DNA of 64,000 bases from an uncultured delta proteobacterium (GCA_963745025.1 CAVUWD010000006.1:160001-224000), one strand, 5' to 3'. Counted from the first letter of the stretch, positions 45,007-54,909 are shown. Numbers and translations: made by a program. Notes: generated from the sequence alone by a model not told the origin.

Positions 45007-47246
45007 ACCCGACTGAATCGACCTTGCTCGATCGCCCGGCGACCGCCACGCGGCCGGCCACGACGGCGAATCTGCGCCGCCTGCTCGCCGAGCGCGACCG
45101 GCTCTCGAAAGATTGCTACTACGGGTTGCGCAAACTGCGGCTCAAGGACGCCGACCCGACGCGCTACGAGCGTTTTCACTCGGCGCTGCGCGTCGGGCTG
45201 TTCTCGGCGCGCGAGGTCTCGAAATTCGTCTCGGCCTCGCCAGGCTCGCGCGAGATGGGCGAGTTGCTGTTCGGTCTGTTGACGCCCGAGGGCGACCCGG
45301 TCGGCATCTCGCAGGGACTGGCTGGCAGCATCGCGTCCTTCCCGATTGGCGTGCGCTGCATGATCAACAACGACTACGAGGACAACCCCGGGATCCGCGA
45401 GGGCGACATCTTCTCGGGCGACGACCCGCAATCGATGGGTGCGATCCATCCGGGCGACTGTTTCACCTATCTGCCGATCTTCCACTCGGGGCGGGTCGTG
45501 GCCTGGGCCGCGGGCATGAACCACATCATCGACGTCGGCTCGATGATTGGCGGCAGCTGGCCGCCGTTCTCGCAGGACACCTTCACCGACGGCTTCGTCG
45601 TTCCGCTGACCAAGACCGGCGAAAACTACGAGTACCACGCCTGGTGGCTGACGATGTGGAAGCGCCGCACGCGCGCCGCGGTGTTCAACATCCTCGACGA
45701 GAAGATGCGCCTCTGCGGCTGCCAGATGATCGAGCGCAAGGTCCACGAGGTCATCGCCGAGTTCGGCCTCAAGTACTTCGTCGAAGGGACCCGCGAAATC
45801 ATCGAAGACGGCCGGCGCGCGGTCAAACGCAACGTCCGCGAGCTCGCGGTGCCGGGCCGCGCGCGCAACGCCACGTTCCGCGCGGCCGGCTACAGCGGCG
45901 TCGGCGTGCTGTTTCCGCTCGCGGCGCGCGAGTACTTGATTCACGTGCCGGTCGAATCGCGCGTCGACGGCGACGCCGGTCTGATGATCGATACCGCCGG
46001 GGCGAGTCCGTGGGGTTTCCATTCCTATAACGGCTACAAGGGCGGGCTGTCCGGAGCGGTTTATCTCGGGGCCATGGACGGCTACGCGCACAACACCAAG
46101 ATCAGCGCCGGCCTCATGGAGCACGTCCAGGTCGGGGCGGACCTGGGGTCGGTCCTGAATCCGGACTACGAGCACGCGAGCGCCTCGAACCCGTGGGCCA
46201 CGACCGTGTCGGTGATCTCGTGCTCGATCAGCAACGCGAGTCGCGGGTTTCTCGCCCGCGGTTACCTCGAGGAATGCTGGACCGGGGAAGCCTCGTGGGA
46301 CGGCGTGCAGGGCAGCGGCATCCTGCCGAACGGCAAGGGCTGGGGCTTCACCAATTTGCAATACGTCGGCGCTTCCGGCATGGGCGCGTTCTGTTACAAG
46401 GACGGGCTGCCGACCGCCTGGACGAACTGGAACCACCGCTCCGACATCGGCAACGCCGAGGAATGGGAGTACGTGACCCCGGCGCTCTACTACCTCGGCC
46501 GGCGGCTGGTGCCCGAATACTGCGGGCACGGCAAGTACCGCGGCGCGATCGGCCACAGCGCGGTCTACGTGATCCTCAATCCCGGGCGTCTGGCGATCAA
46601 TCGCGGTGGCGGCACCGGGGCGCGCAACACCGTGATCGCGAACGGCATGTGCGGCGGTTATCCGGCGCCGGGCGTGTTCATCAAGACGCTGCACGGCACC
46701 AACATGCGCGAACTCATGGCGCGCGGCGAACCTTATCCGAGTTCGCCGTGGGAACTCGACGAGTTCGTGGCGAGCGGCCGTCTCAAGGCCGCGCGTTCGA
46801 CGGCTTGGAAAAAGGACTTCCCGCCGCACGAGATGAAGGACGGGGACGTCTACGCCCAGGCCGCGGGCGCCGGCGGCGGCTGGGGCGATCCACTCGAGCG
46901 CGATCCCGGGCTGGTCCTCGACGACTTGCAGAACGAGTGGCTCGACGCCGACACCGCGCGCGAAGTCTACGGCGTGGTGTTTGCCGGTGCCGGGCGCGCC
47001 GCGACAGTCGACGAGTCGGCGACCGCCGCGCTGCGCAAGGCGATCCGCGTGCGCCGTCTGGCCCGCGGTGTGCCGGTCAAGGACTGGTGGCAGGCGACGC
47101 GCCGCCGCGTGCTGGCCGGCGACTTCATCGAGCCGGTGCGCTCGATGCACCGCGATAGTCTCGGGTTTGCGCATTATCGCGACGAGTTCACGAGTTTCTG
47201 GGCGCTGGACCCCGCGTTCAGCTACGACCAGGAGGCCTCGCTATGA
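45003..47246 (+). CDS. Hydantoinase B family; acetone carboxylase alpha-subunit-like
   Basis: DYEDNPGIREGDIF; IHPGD and MNH metal-ligand-like motifs; GHGKYRGA; GAGGGWGDPLERDP; ATGA overlap. Confidence 0.88.
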   Translation: MNPTESTLLDRPATATRPATTANLRRLLAERDRLSKDCYYGLRKLRLKDADPTRYERFHSALRVGLFSAREVSKFVSASPGSREMGELLFGLLTPEGDPVGISQGLAGSIASFPIGVRCMINNDYEDNPGIREGDIFSGDDPQSMGAIHPGDCFTYLPIFHSGRVVAWAAGMNHIIDVGSMIGGSWPPFSQDTFTDGFVVPLTKTGENYEYHAWWLTMWKRRTRAAVFNILDEKMRLCGCQMIERKVHEVIAEFGLKYFVEGTREIIEDGRRAVKRNVRELAVPGRARNATFRAAGYSGVGVLFPLAAREYLIHVPVESRVDGDAGLMIDTAGASPWGFHSYNGYKGGLSGAVYLGAMDGYAHNTKISAGLMEHVQVGADLGSVLNPDYEHASASNPWATTVSVISCSISNASRGFLARGYLEECWTGEASWDGVQGSGILPNGKGWGFTNLQYVGASGMGAFCYKDGLPTAWTNWNHRSDIGNAEEWEYVTPALYYLGRRLVPEYCGHGKYRGAIGHSAVYVILNPGRLAINRGGGTGARNTVIANGMCGGYPAPGVFIKTLHGTNMRELMARGEPYPSSPWELDEFVASGRLKAARSTAWKKDFPPHEMKDGDVYAQAAGAGGGWGDPLERDPGLVLDDLQNEWLDADTAREVYGVVFAGAGRAATVDESATAALRKAIRVRRLARGVPVKDWWQATRRRVLAGDFIEPVRSMHRDSLGFAHYRDEFTSFWALDPAFSYDQEASL

Positions 47247-47854
47247 GCGGGACGAACGAACGACCCGGAGACGGCGCCGCCGGCGCCGAGGACCTCCATG
47301 CCGAGGAGGTCAACGAACATCTCGTCGAGCGCATGGTGGCCGATGACCTGGCGTGGGAGGAGTGGCGGCAACTCCTCAAGCTGCCGCGCAAGGACGCCGA
47401 CCGGATCCACAAGTACCTCAGGGTTCTGCAGCAGCGCGTCGGTTTCGCCGAGCCGATCCTGCTGCGCATCGCCGATCACCTCTACATCGTGCGCGCCGCC
47501 GATGGCCGCGTCGTGAAATGCGACTGCGGGCATGTGTTCGGCGATTACCGGGTCAACTGGAAGCTCGGTGCGCTGGTGCACGTGCGCGAGACCGCCGCGA
47601 GTATCGCCGAGGTCTACCGCCGCGAGAACTTCGCGCCCGAGCCCGGTTGGTCGGAGGTCCGCGAGTACTATTGTCCGGGCTGCGCGACGCAACTGTGCGT
47701 CGAAGTCGTGCCGCCGGGCTACCCGCCAATCTTCGAGTTTCTGCCGAATCTCGACACCTTCTACCGCGATTGGCTCGGGCAGCCGCTCGCCGACGCCGCG
47801 CCGGACTGGTTCGAGGATCGCACGCGCAGGGTCACGGCCAGCTGGCGCGAGTGA
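47243..47854 (+). CDS. Acetone carboxylase gamma-subunit-like protein
   Basis: KCDCGHVFGDYRVNWK; REYYCPGC; EVVPPGYPPI; FYRDWLG. Confidence 0.88.
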   Translation: MSGTNERPGDGAAGAEDLHAEEVNEHLVERMVADDLAWEEWRQLLKLPRKDADRIHKYLRVLQQRVGFAEPILLRIADHLYIVRAADGRVVKCDCGHVFGDYRVNWKLGALVHVRETAASIAEVYRRENFAPEPGWSEVREYYCPGCATQLCVEVVPPGYPPIFEFLPNLDTFYRDWLGQPLADAAPDWFEDRTRRVTASWRE

Positions 47855-47915
47855 GGCGCGGCGCGCGGGTCCGAGCCCGGCCTGGCGCAGACGCAGAGAT
47901 CGCGAGGAGGCCCGC

Positions 47916-49100
47916 GTGAGCGGTGTGCTCGAGGGGCTCAGGGTGCTTGACTTCGGGCGCTACGTCGCCGGCCCGTTTTGCGCCACGATGCTCGGCGACA
48001 TGGGCGCCGAAGTGATCCGCGTCGAGCGCGTCGACGGCAGCGAGGACCGCTACATCGCGAGCGTCGCCGCGACCGGCGAGGGCAGCGCCTTTCTGCAACT
48101 CGCGCGCAACAAGCTCGACCTGACGCTGAACCCGATGAAGGCCGAGGGCCGCGAAGTCGTGCGCCGTCTCGTCGCGACCGCCGACGTGGTGGTCGCCAAC
48201 CTGCCGATTTCGACCCTCAAGGCCATGGGCATCGATTACCCGACGCTCACCGGGATCAAGCCCGACATCATCCTCACGCACGTCTCGGCCTTCGGCAGCG
48301 AGGGTCCCTACGCGGAGCGCGTCGGTTTCGATCTGCTTGGCCAGGCGATGTCGGGCATGGCTTACATCTCGGGCACCGCGGAGCAGCCGATGCGCTCGCA
48401 GGTCGCCTATGTCGACTACAGCACCGGCCTGCTCGCGGCCTTCGGGACGATGGCGGCGCTGATGGAGCGCCAGAAGACCGGGCGCGGCCAGGTCGTCGAG
48501 GCCTCGCTGCTCGCCTCGAGCATCATGCTCAACAACAACTTCCTCGTCGAGGAGGGTGTGTTGCGCCTCGGGCGCAAGCCGCACGGCAACCGCGGCCACC
48601 ACATCGCTCCGAACGACATCTTTCGCACCCAGGACGGCTGGATCATCCTGATGGTCGCGGGCGATCCGATTTTCGAGCGCTGGGCGAAGCTCATGGGCGA
48701 AGAGCACTGGCTGACCGATCCGCGGTTCTCGTCGGACGGCCGGCGCGCGGAACACGGCGCGGTGATCAGCGAGCGCACGGCGGGCTGGTGCGCCGCGCGC
48801 TCGACCGCCGACGCGCTGCGTGAACTCGAGGAGGCGCGGCTGCCCGCCGGGCCGCTCTACACGCCCGCGCAGGTGCTCGAGGATCCCCATGTGCGCGAGC
48901 AGGGAATTTTCCGCGAGGTCGACTATCCCGGACTGCCGCGGCCGGCGCCGCTCGTCGACACCCCCGTCCGATTGTCCGCGACCCCGGGCTCGATCCGCAG
49001 CCGTCCGCCGACGCTCGGCGAGCACACCGATCGGATCCTGGGCGAACTCGGCTACGGTGCCGCCGAGATCGCCGAGCTCAGACGCAAGCGCGTCGTCTGA
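47916..49100 (+). CDS. CaiB/BaiF family (class III) CoA-transferase
   Basis: LEGLRVLDFGRYVAGPF...GAEVIRVE; RNK; PPTLGEHT; GAGGAGG RBS before the GTG. Confidence 0.9.
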   Translation: MSGVLEGLRVLDFGRYVAGPFCATMLGDMGAEVIRVERVDGSEDRYIASVAATGEGSAFLQLARNKLDLTLNPMKAEGREVVRRLVATADVVVANLPISTLKAMGIDYPTLTGIKPDIILTHVSAFGSEGPYAERVGFDLLGQAMSGMAYISGTAEQPMRSQVAYVDYSTGLLAAFGTMAALMERQKTGRGQVVEASLLASSIMLNNNFLVEEGVLRLGRKPHGNRGHHIAPNDIFRTQDGWIILMVAGDPIFERWAKLMGEEHWLTDPRFSSDGRRAEHGAVISERTAGWCAARSTADALRELEEARLPAGPLYTPAQVLEDPHVREQGIFREVDYPGLPRPAPLVDTPVRLSATPGSIRSRPPTLGEHTDRILGELGYGAAEIAELRRKRVV

Positions 49101-49254
49101 CCCGCCTCCCGGAGCCGCTTTTGTGCGAAACTGTCACCATGTTCCCGCTCTGCACCGCGTTTCGGCCTAACGGTTGGTCCAGACCGGCGCACAAGCGGCT
49201 TGCCGCCGCCGAGCGACTTTGCGCGCCACACGTGTATCGAGAGGAGGACTCATC

Positions 49255-49767
49255 ATGGACGCTGACGAGTTGCGCGCCGTCCAGGCGCCGTTGAAGGAGC
49301 GTTATCGCCAAGCCCCTGAGGCAGCACTCATCACGCTGCATGCGAAGGGGCGCCTCGGTGAAGGCGTTAGTTGCAAGATCGAGACGGGTAAAGCACTCGT
49401 CGTCGCTGGGTTGCACCCCGCCACCGGCGGAAGCGGACTCGGCGCATGCTCCGGCGATATGCTGCTGGAAGCGCTCGTTGCCTGCGCAGGAGTGACCCTC
49501 AACGCCGTGGCGACCGCACTTGGAATCGCGTTGCGCGATGCCACTTTGCTCGCGGAAGGCGATCTCGATTTCCGCGGCACTTTGGGCCTGTCGAAGGAGG
49601 TGCCGATCGGCTTCCAGAACATCAGACTTCAGTTTACGCTCGACACTGATGCTTCGGAAGAGCAAGTCGACACGCTGCTGCGCCTGACCGAAAGGTACTG
49701 TGTCGTGTACCAAACGCTCGCACATACACCCGCGTTGTCGGTAACCCGGAAGGCCGCCAGTGTCTGA
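49255..49767 (+). CDS. OsmC-like protein
   Basis: AGLHPATGG..CSGDMLLEALVACAGVT; LTERYCVV. Confidence 0.88.
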   Translation: MDADELRAVQAPLKERYRQAPEAALITLHAKGRLGEGVSCKIETGKALVVAGLHPATGGSGLGACSGDMLLEALVACAGVTLNAVATALGIALRDATLLAEGDLDFRGTLGLSKEVPIGFQNIRLQFTLDTDASEEQVDTLLRLTERYCVVYQTLAHTPALSVTRKAASV

Positions 49768-49982
49768 GTGCATAGCGAGAACGGAGCGGGGCTGCCTCAG
49801 TCAGGTGTCCAAGGAAATCGTGGGGCGGGGTCCCGAAAGAATTCACTGGGTTTACGGCGCGGTTTCTGAACCCCATCGACACGCGCTCGACCGCTCGGAT
49901 CGGAGCGTACTGCCGCAGCGGCCGCAGAACGCGGCGTCGTCAGGCAGCTGAGCATCGCAGGAGGCGCAGTTCACCACCCTAC

Positions 49983-50924
49983 TTACCGCCAATCATCGAT
50001 GACGAACATGCCCGGCCGATTGAAACCCTCCTCGTTGGGCCGTTGCATCGCGACGCCCTGTAGAAACGTGCGAAATCCTCGATCGACCATGATTCGATAC
50101 GCTTCGTGACGCGCCATGTTGACGCCCGCGTCGATCTTCTGAGCGCCCCGTGTGGCTGCAAAGCCCTCACACGCATCCAGGAGGTGATTGAAGCGATCTG
50201 CCGCGTTCGTGCCGGGCCGGACCGCTCCGAACTTCACATAGCACGCGCCGCTGCGGGCCTCGGTTCCCGGCCCGCAATGACATACCGCCAGTCCCGCGAT
50301 CCCCCCTTGATCACGAACCAGGACCGTGTCGCCGAGCTTCTGCTTCTCCACCGATCGGACCTCGAGCTCGAGGTCTAGTCCATCGAAGACGGTGTTGGTC
50401 AGATCCCGGCACTCGCGGAGGTAAGCGTCGTGCTTGCTCGCCGGCACCTCCGAAAAGCTCGACCATTCCACCTGACGGGCCGATGACTGCACGGATTTGG
50501 ACATGACCGGAGTGAGGAACCGCGCCGCGAAGCCGAACTTCTGATAGAGGGCGATGTGCTTCGGACTGTGGGAGAAGGTGAAGAGTCCAAGATGCTTCGT
50601 ACCCCGCTCCGCGAAGAGATCCATCGTCCGGCGGAGCAGCCGCCGGGCAACGCCCTGCTCCCAGAGATCGGGCCGCACGGTCAGCGGACCGAAAAACCCG
50701 AAGCTGCCCCAGCAGGTGACGAAGTTCGAGCCCACGAGCTCGCCGTTGCCTTCCGCCGCGACGGCGGCCGCTGGATCGGCACGCCACCGCGTTTCCACAT
50801 AGCCGGCATCGCCCATGAACGCCATCGGATCGGGAAGCCCGAGGAAGGTGCCGAAGGCCAGGCGGCAGATTCGATCGGCAGTAGGCAGGTCCCGTTCTTC
50901 GAGCCCGCGGATGACAATGTTCAT
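49983..50924 (-). CDS. GNAT family N-acetyltransferase (two-domain)
   Basis: FGPLTVRPDLWEQGVARRLL; ALYQKFGF. Confidence 0.85.
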   Translation of the reverse strand: MNIVIRGLEERDLPTADRICRLAFGTFLGLPDPMAFMGDAGYVETRWRADPAAAVAAEGNGELVGSNFVTCWGSFGFFGPLTVRPDLWEQGVARRLLRRTMDLFAERGTKHLGLFTFSHSPKHIALYQKFGFAARFLTPVMSKSVQSSARQVEWSSFSEVPASKHDAYLRECRDLTNTVFDGLDLELEVRSVEKQKLGDTVLVRDQGGIAGLAVCHCGPGTEARSGACYVKFGAVRPGTNAADRFNHLLDACEGFAATRGAQKIDAGVNMARHEAYRIMVDRGFRTFLQGVAMQRPNEEGFNRPGMFVIDDWR

Positions 50925-51061
50925 AGGGTGCTTCGATCACGCACGATCAACTATTGACAAGAATTTGGCTCTTGCGCGCCCGCATGTCCTCGGCGCTGCT
51001 GAGAGAAAATTGGTTTTCGGTTCCACTCATCATGATCCGATGCTCCCAAAACGGGAGCCGT

Positions 51062-51094
51062 GCCGTCAACCGGCAAGCTTTGCCGGTTGACGGC
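51062..51094. repeat. Perfect 15-bp inverted repeat
   Basis: GCCGTCAACCGGCAA-GCT-TTGCCGGTTGACGGC. Confidence 0.85.
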
Positions 51095-51300
51095 GTTTGT
51101 GCCCGGGGAAGGCTGTTGGCCGGAAGCAAACAGTACCGCAGATCAGCTTCCCACAATCGAGAGAGGCTCACATGTCCAGGGTCGGTCGTTGAACACGAGG
51201 GGCAGACTTGGCGCGTCACCCGCCCCGCTTCCATCCCCCTGCGGAGGAGAATCGCGCTGCCGACCTTGCCCGCCACTGCGCGCTCGGCTAACTGCTCGGC

Positions 51301-52455
51301 ATGGCGAACGAGCCCGTGATCGACGGCCACTGCGACCCGCGCTTCGCCTCGGTGCGAGACGCCTTCATCGCGAACTTCGAGGCAGGGCGGGAGGTCGGCG
51401 CATCGTTCGCCGCGACGGTGAACGGTGAGTTCGTGGTAGACCTCTGGGGCGGCTACGCCGACGCGGCGAGCACGCGGCCGTGGGAGCGCGATACCCTCAT
51501 CAACGTGTTCTCGACGACGAAAGCGATGACGGCGCTCTGCGCCCACATCCTCGTCGATGGCGGCGCACTGGACGTGGATTCCCCCGTCGCGCGTTACTGG
51601 CCTGAGTTCGTGCAGGCGGGGAAAGAGAGGATCACGACGCGCCAACTCCTGAGCCACACAGCCGGGCTCGCGGGGATCCGGCAGCCGCTCCCGACCGAGG
51701 CGCTGTACGATTGGAAGCGAATGATCGAGGTGCTCGCCGCCGAAGCGCCCTGGTGGGAGCCCGGCACCGCCAACGGCTACCATCCTCTGACCTACGGCTA
51801 CCTGGTCGGGGAGGTGATCCGGCGCATCAGCGGAAAAACACCGGGAGCATTCTTTCGCGACGAGGTCGCCGCGCCCCTCGAGGCGGACTTTCATATCGGT
51901 CTCCCCGAATCCGAAGACGACCGCGTAGCGGAGATGGTGCCCCCGACCACGGGAGAGCTTGCGGCGGTGGGGGCACCGACGACTATCGACCCTGAAACGC
52001 TCAGCGGCCGGGCGATCGCCAACCCGCCGCTCCGAGCCGAGTTTGCCAACCGGCCCGAGTGGCGGCGAGCAGAGATTCCGGCGGCGAACGGCCACGGCGA
52101 CGCCCGGTCGGTGGCGCGGGTGATGGCGCTCCTCGCTTGCGGCGGAAAGCTTGATGGCGTGCGGCTGCTCAGCGAGCAGACGATCGCCAAGGCAATCGCA
52201 GAGCAGCGCTACGCCAAAGATCTCGTCCTCGGGTTCAAGATGCGCTGGGGCCTCGGCTTCATGCTGACCAGCCGACAGCTTCCAGTTGGGCCGAACCCGC
52301 GGACGTTCGGCCACGGAGGATGGGGCGGCTCACTCGGCTTCGCCGACCTCGACGCCCGCGTGAGCTGGTCCTACATTATGAACAAGATGTCGCCCGGCAC
52401 GGCAGGCGACACGCGCGTCGCGGGGATGCTCGCGGCGCTCTACGGCGCGCTGTAG
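51301..52455 (+). CDS. Serine hydrolase, beta-lactamase-related (family VIII esterase-like)
   Basis: FSTTK (SxxK); LLSHTAGL; GYH; FGHGGWGG. Confidence 0.9.
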   Translation: MANEPVIDGHCDPRFASVRDAFIANFEAGREVGASFAATVNGEFVVDLWGGYADAASTRPWERDTLINVFSTTKAMTALCAHILVDGGALDVDSPVARYWPEFVQAGKERITTRQLLSHTAGLAGIRQPLPTEALYDWKRMIEVLAAEAPWWEPGTANGYHPLTYGYLVGEVIRRISGKTPGAFFRDEVAAPLEADFHIGLPESEDDRVAEMVPPTTGELAAVGAPTTIDPETLSGRAIANPPLRAEFANRPEWRRAEIPAANGHGDARSVARVMALLACGGKLDGVRLLSEQTIAKAIAEQRYAKDLVLGFKMRWGLGFMLTSRQLPVGPNPRTFGHGGWGGSLGFADLDARVSWSYIMNKMSPGTAGDTRVAGMLAALYGAL

Positions 52456-52632
52456 CGACCGCACCGTCGTCGTCGCGTTCATGCGCCGAGCGATCAAGAC
52501 ATGAGGTGACGGTCGAGGCGCACCGTCGGATTTTCTCGCGGTTGGAAACGCCATCCTCGTTTCATTCTCACTGCCGGGAAGGAATACCGAGACGTGGCTA
52601 TAGAATTCTCGCCGATTCCGAGGGTTGAGCGC

Positions 52633-52647
52633 TGGCACGGAATTTGG
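52633..52647 (+). promoter_or_regulatory. Putative sigma54 (-24/-12) promoter of the hydrogenase operon
   Basis: TGGCACG-GAAT-TTGG versus consensus TGGCACG-N4-TTGC, 26 nt before the hypA start; one mismatch at -12. Confidence 0.5.
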
Positions 52648-52673
52648 GAGTCGAGGTGTTCGGAGGCTCGGCC

Positions 52674-53060
52674 GTGCACGAGCTGTCGATCTCGAGCGGG
52701 ATCATCGAGGTAGCGCGACGGGCAGTCACGTCGCCGCCGCTTTCGGCTGCGAGGGTTCTCCGGGTGGATGTCCGGATCGGGCGTCTCACCGGGATCGTTC
52801 CCGACATCCTTCGGCACTACTACGCGCTCCTGACGGTCGGTACCGAGCTCGAAGGGTCCGTCCTGGCCGTCGAGGTGGTTCCGGTCCGTGGCCGGTGCAG
52901 CGACTGTTCGGCGGCCTTCGAGATCGATGACCTGAGCTTCGGCTGCCCATTTTGCGGCTCGGGATTCTCGGAGATCTTCTCGGGGAAAGAGCTCGAGGTC
53001 GTTTCGCTCGAGACCGCCGAGGATGGCAACGAGAATCGCGAGGTGGCGTATGGAAATTGA
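52674..53060 (+). CDS. hypA: Hydrogenase maturation nickel metallochaperone HypA
   Basis: MHELSI; CSDC...CPFCGS; GKEL. Confidence 0.95.
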   Translation: MHELSISSGIIEVARRAVTSPPLSAARVLRVDVRIGRLTGIVPDILRHYYALLTVGTELEGSVLAVEVVPVRGRCSDCSAAFEIDDLSFGCPFCGSGFSEIFSGKELEVVSLETAEDGNENREVAYGN

Positions 53061-53742
53061 GATTGGGCGCAAGGTTCTCGAGACGAACGACCGGATTGCC
53101 GATCAGAACCGGAGGGTCTTCGACGTACTCGGCGCCTTCGTCGTGAACCTGATGAGCGCTCCGGGAAGCGGCAAGACGTCGCTCCTCGAGCGCACGCTCG
53201 CCGCCGTCGACGGCACCCTGCGCACCGCCGTGATCGAAGGCGACGTGCGCGGCTCGCTCGACGCCGATCGGCTGGCGCGCTTCGAGCTGCCGATCGTCCA
53301 GATCAACACGGACCCGCTCTTCGGCGGCGAGTGTCATCTCGACGCGCCGATGGTGCGTGATGCGCTCGAGCGGCTTCCCCGCGAGTGGTTCGACCTCGTC
53401 GTCATCGAGAACGTCGGCAACCTGGTCTGCCCGGCGGAGTTCCGCGTCGGGGAGGATCTCAAGGTGATGGTGCTCTCCGTCGCCGAAGGCGACGACAAGC
53501 CGCTCAAGTATCCCTTGATGTTCCAGGAGTCCGCGTTGCTGCTGCTCAACAAGATCGATCTCCTCCCTCACGTCGACTTCGACGTCGCGCGCTTTCGCGC
53601 CAACGCCGCGCGAGTCAATCCGCGCCTCGAGGTCATCGAGACCTCGGCGCGGACGGGAGAAGGCATCGATCGGTGGATCGACTGGCTTCGTGCTCGAGTC
53701 GGCGAAGCCGCGAGCGGGAGGCGCTCATGTGGCGAGACCTGA
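53050..53742 (+). CDS. hypB: Hydrogenase nickel incorporation GTPase HypB (short form)
   Basis: SAPGSGKTSLLE; ECHLDA; ENVGNLVCPA; NKIDL. Confidence 0.96.
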   Translation: MEIEIGRKVLETNDRIADQNRRVFDVLGAFVVNLMSAPGSGKTSLLERTLAAVDGTLRTAVIEGDVRGSLDADRLARFELPIVQINTDPLFGGECHLDAPMVRDALERLPREWFDLVVIENVGNLVCPAEFRVGEDLKVMVLSVAEGDDKPLKYPLMFQESALLLLNKIDLLPHVDFDVARFRANAARVNPRLEVIETSARTGEGIDRWIDWLRARVGEAASGRRSCGET

Positions 53743-54890
53743 ACGGTTCGATCGTCCCTCGAGCGGCTGAGGCCGAGGACTGGGAGGGCTGGCCCGGCTC
53801 GCGCTGGCAGGAGCGTGGCGTCTCGCGCCGCGCCTTTCTGCGCTTCTGCGCTGCGATGACTGCGACGCTCGCCTTGCCCGAGCGCTACTTGATGCGCGTC
53901 GCGCACGCGCTCGAAGCGGTTCGCCGCCCCCCGCTCGTCTGGCTCGAGTTCCAGGATTGCGCCGGCTGCACGGAGTCGTTCCTGCGCGCGAGCCGACCCT
54001 CGGTGGGCGACATCGCGTTGGACATCCTCTCGGTCAATTACCACGAGACCATCATGGCGCCGTCGGGAAAGGCTGCCGAAAAATCGCTCCGCGACACGAT
54101 CGAACAAGAGAAGGGCAAGTACCTCGTGGTCGTCGAGGGATCGATTCCGACCAAGGAAGGTGGCGTCTACTGCACCATCGGCGGGCGCACCGCGCTCGAC
54201 ATCGCCCGCGAGGTATGCGGCCAAGCGGCCGCCACGATCACGGTCGGCGCCTGTGCCTTCTACGGCGGCTGGCCCTCGGCACGGCCGAACCCGACGGGCG
54301 CGGTCGGCGTCGCGCAGGCGGTTCCCGGCATCACGCTGATCAACCTACCGGGATGTCCCCCGAACGCGGTCAACATCACGGCGACGGTCGTCCACTACCT
54401 GACCTTCGGGGCACTGCCGGCGACGGATCAGCAGGGGCGACCGCTCTTCGCTTACGGAGAGCGGATCCACGACCGCTGCGAGCGTCGGGCGCATTTCGAC
54501 GCCGGCGAATTCGTCGAGGAGTGGGGCGACCAGGGGCACCGGCAGGGCTGGTGCCTCTACAAGATGGGCTGCAAGGGCCCGGAGACCTACCACAACTGCC
54601 CGACGGTGCGGTGGAACGACGGCACGAGCTGGCCGGTCGGCTCCGGACACGGCTGCGTGGGCTGCGCCGAGCAGTACTTCTGGGACACCATGTCGCCCTT
54701 CTACCGCCGGCTCCCGGAGGTCCCGGGTGCGGGGATACAGACCACGGCGAATCGAATCGGCGGGTGGATCGTCGGCGGCACGGCCGCTGCCTTCGCCGCC
54801 CACGGCGTGGCATCGGCCGTGCGGGCCAAGCTCGTTCCGCGCGCGCCGCAGCAGGATGCTGAGGAGCCCTCGACGAAAAGCGAATCGTGA
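53727..54890 (+). CDS. Membrane-bound [NiFe]-hydrogenase small subunit (Tat signal, C-terminal anchor)
   Basis: SRRAFLR; DCAGCTES; GACAFYGG; PGCPP; HDRCERR; CLYKMGCKGP; CVGCAE; C-terminal TM segment. Confidence 0.95.
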   Translation: MWRDLNGSIVPRAAEAEDWEGWPGSRWQERGVSRRAFLRFCAAMTATLALPERYLMRVAHALEAVRRPPLVWLEFQDCAGCTESFLRASRPSVGDIALDILSVNYHETIMAPSGKAAEKSLRDTIEQEKGKYLVVVEGSIPTKEGGVYCTIGGRTALDIAREVCGQAAATITVGACAFYGGWPSARPNPTGAVGVAQAVPGITLINLPGCPPNAVNITATVVHYLTFGALPATDQQGRPLFAYGERIHDRCERRAHFDAGEFVEEWGDQGHRQGWCLYKMGCKGPETYHNCPTVRWNDGTSWPVGSGHGCVGCAEQYFWDTMSPFYRRLPEVPGAGIQTTANRIGGWIVGGTAAAFAAHGVASAVRAKLVPRAPQQDAEEPSTKSES

Positions 54891-54909
54891 CCCAGGAAGG
54901 AGTCCAATC

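Noticed and set aside
51301-52455. Beta-lactam resistance gene
   Set aside because: No signal peptide; the motifs fit cytoplasmic family VIII esterase-like serine hydrolases
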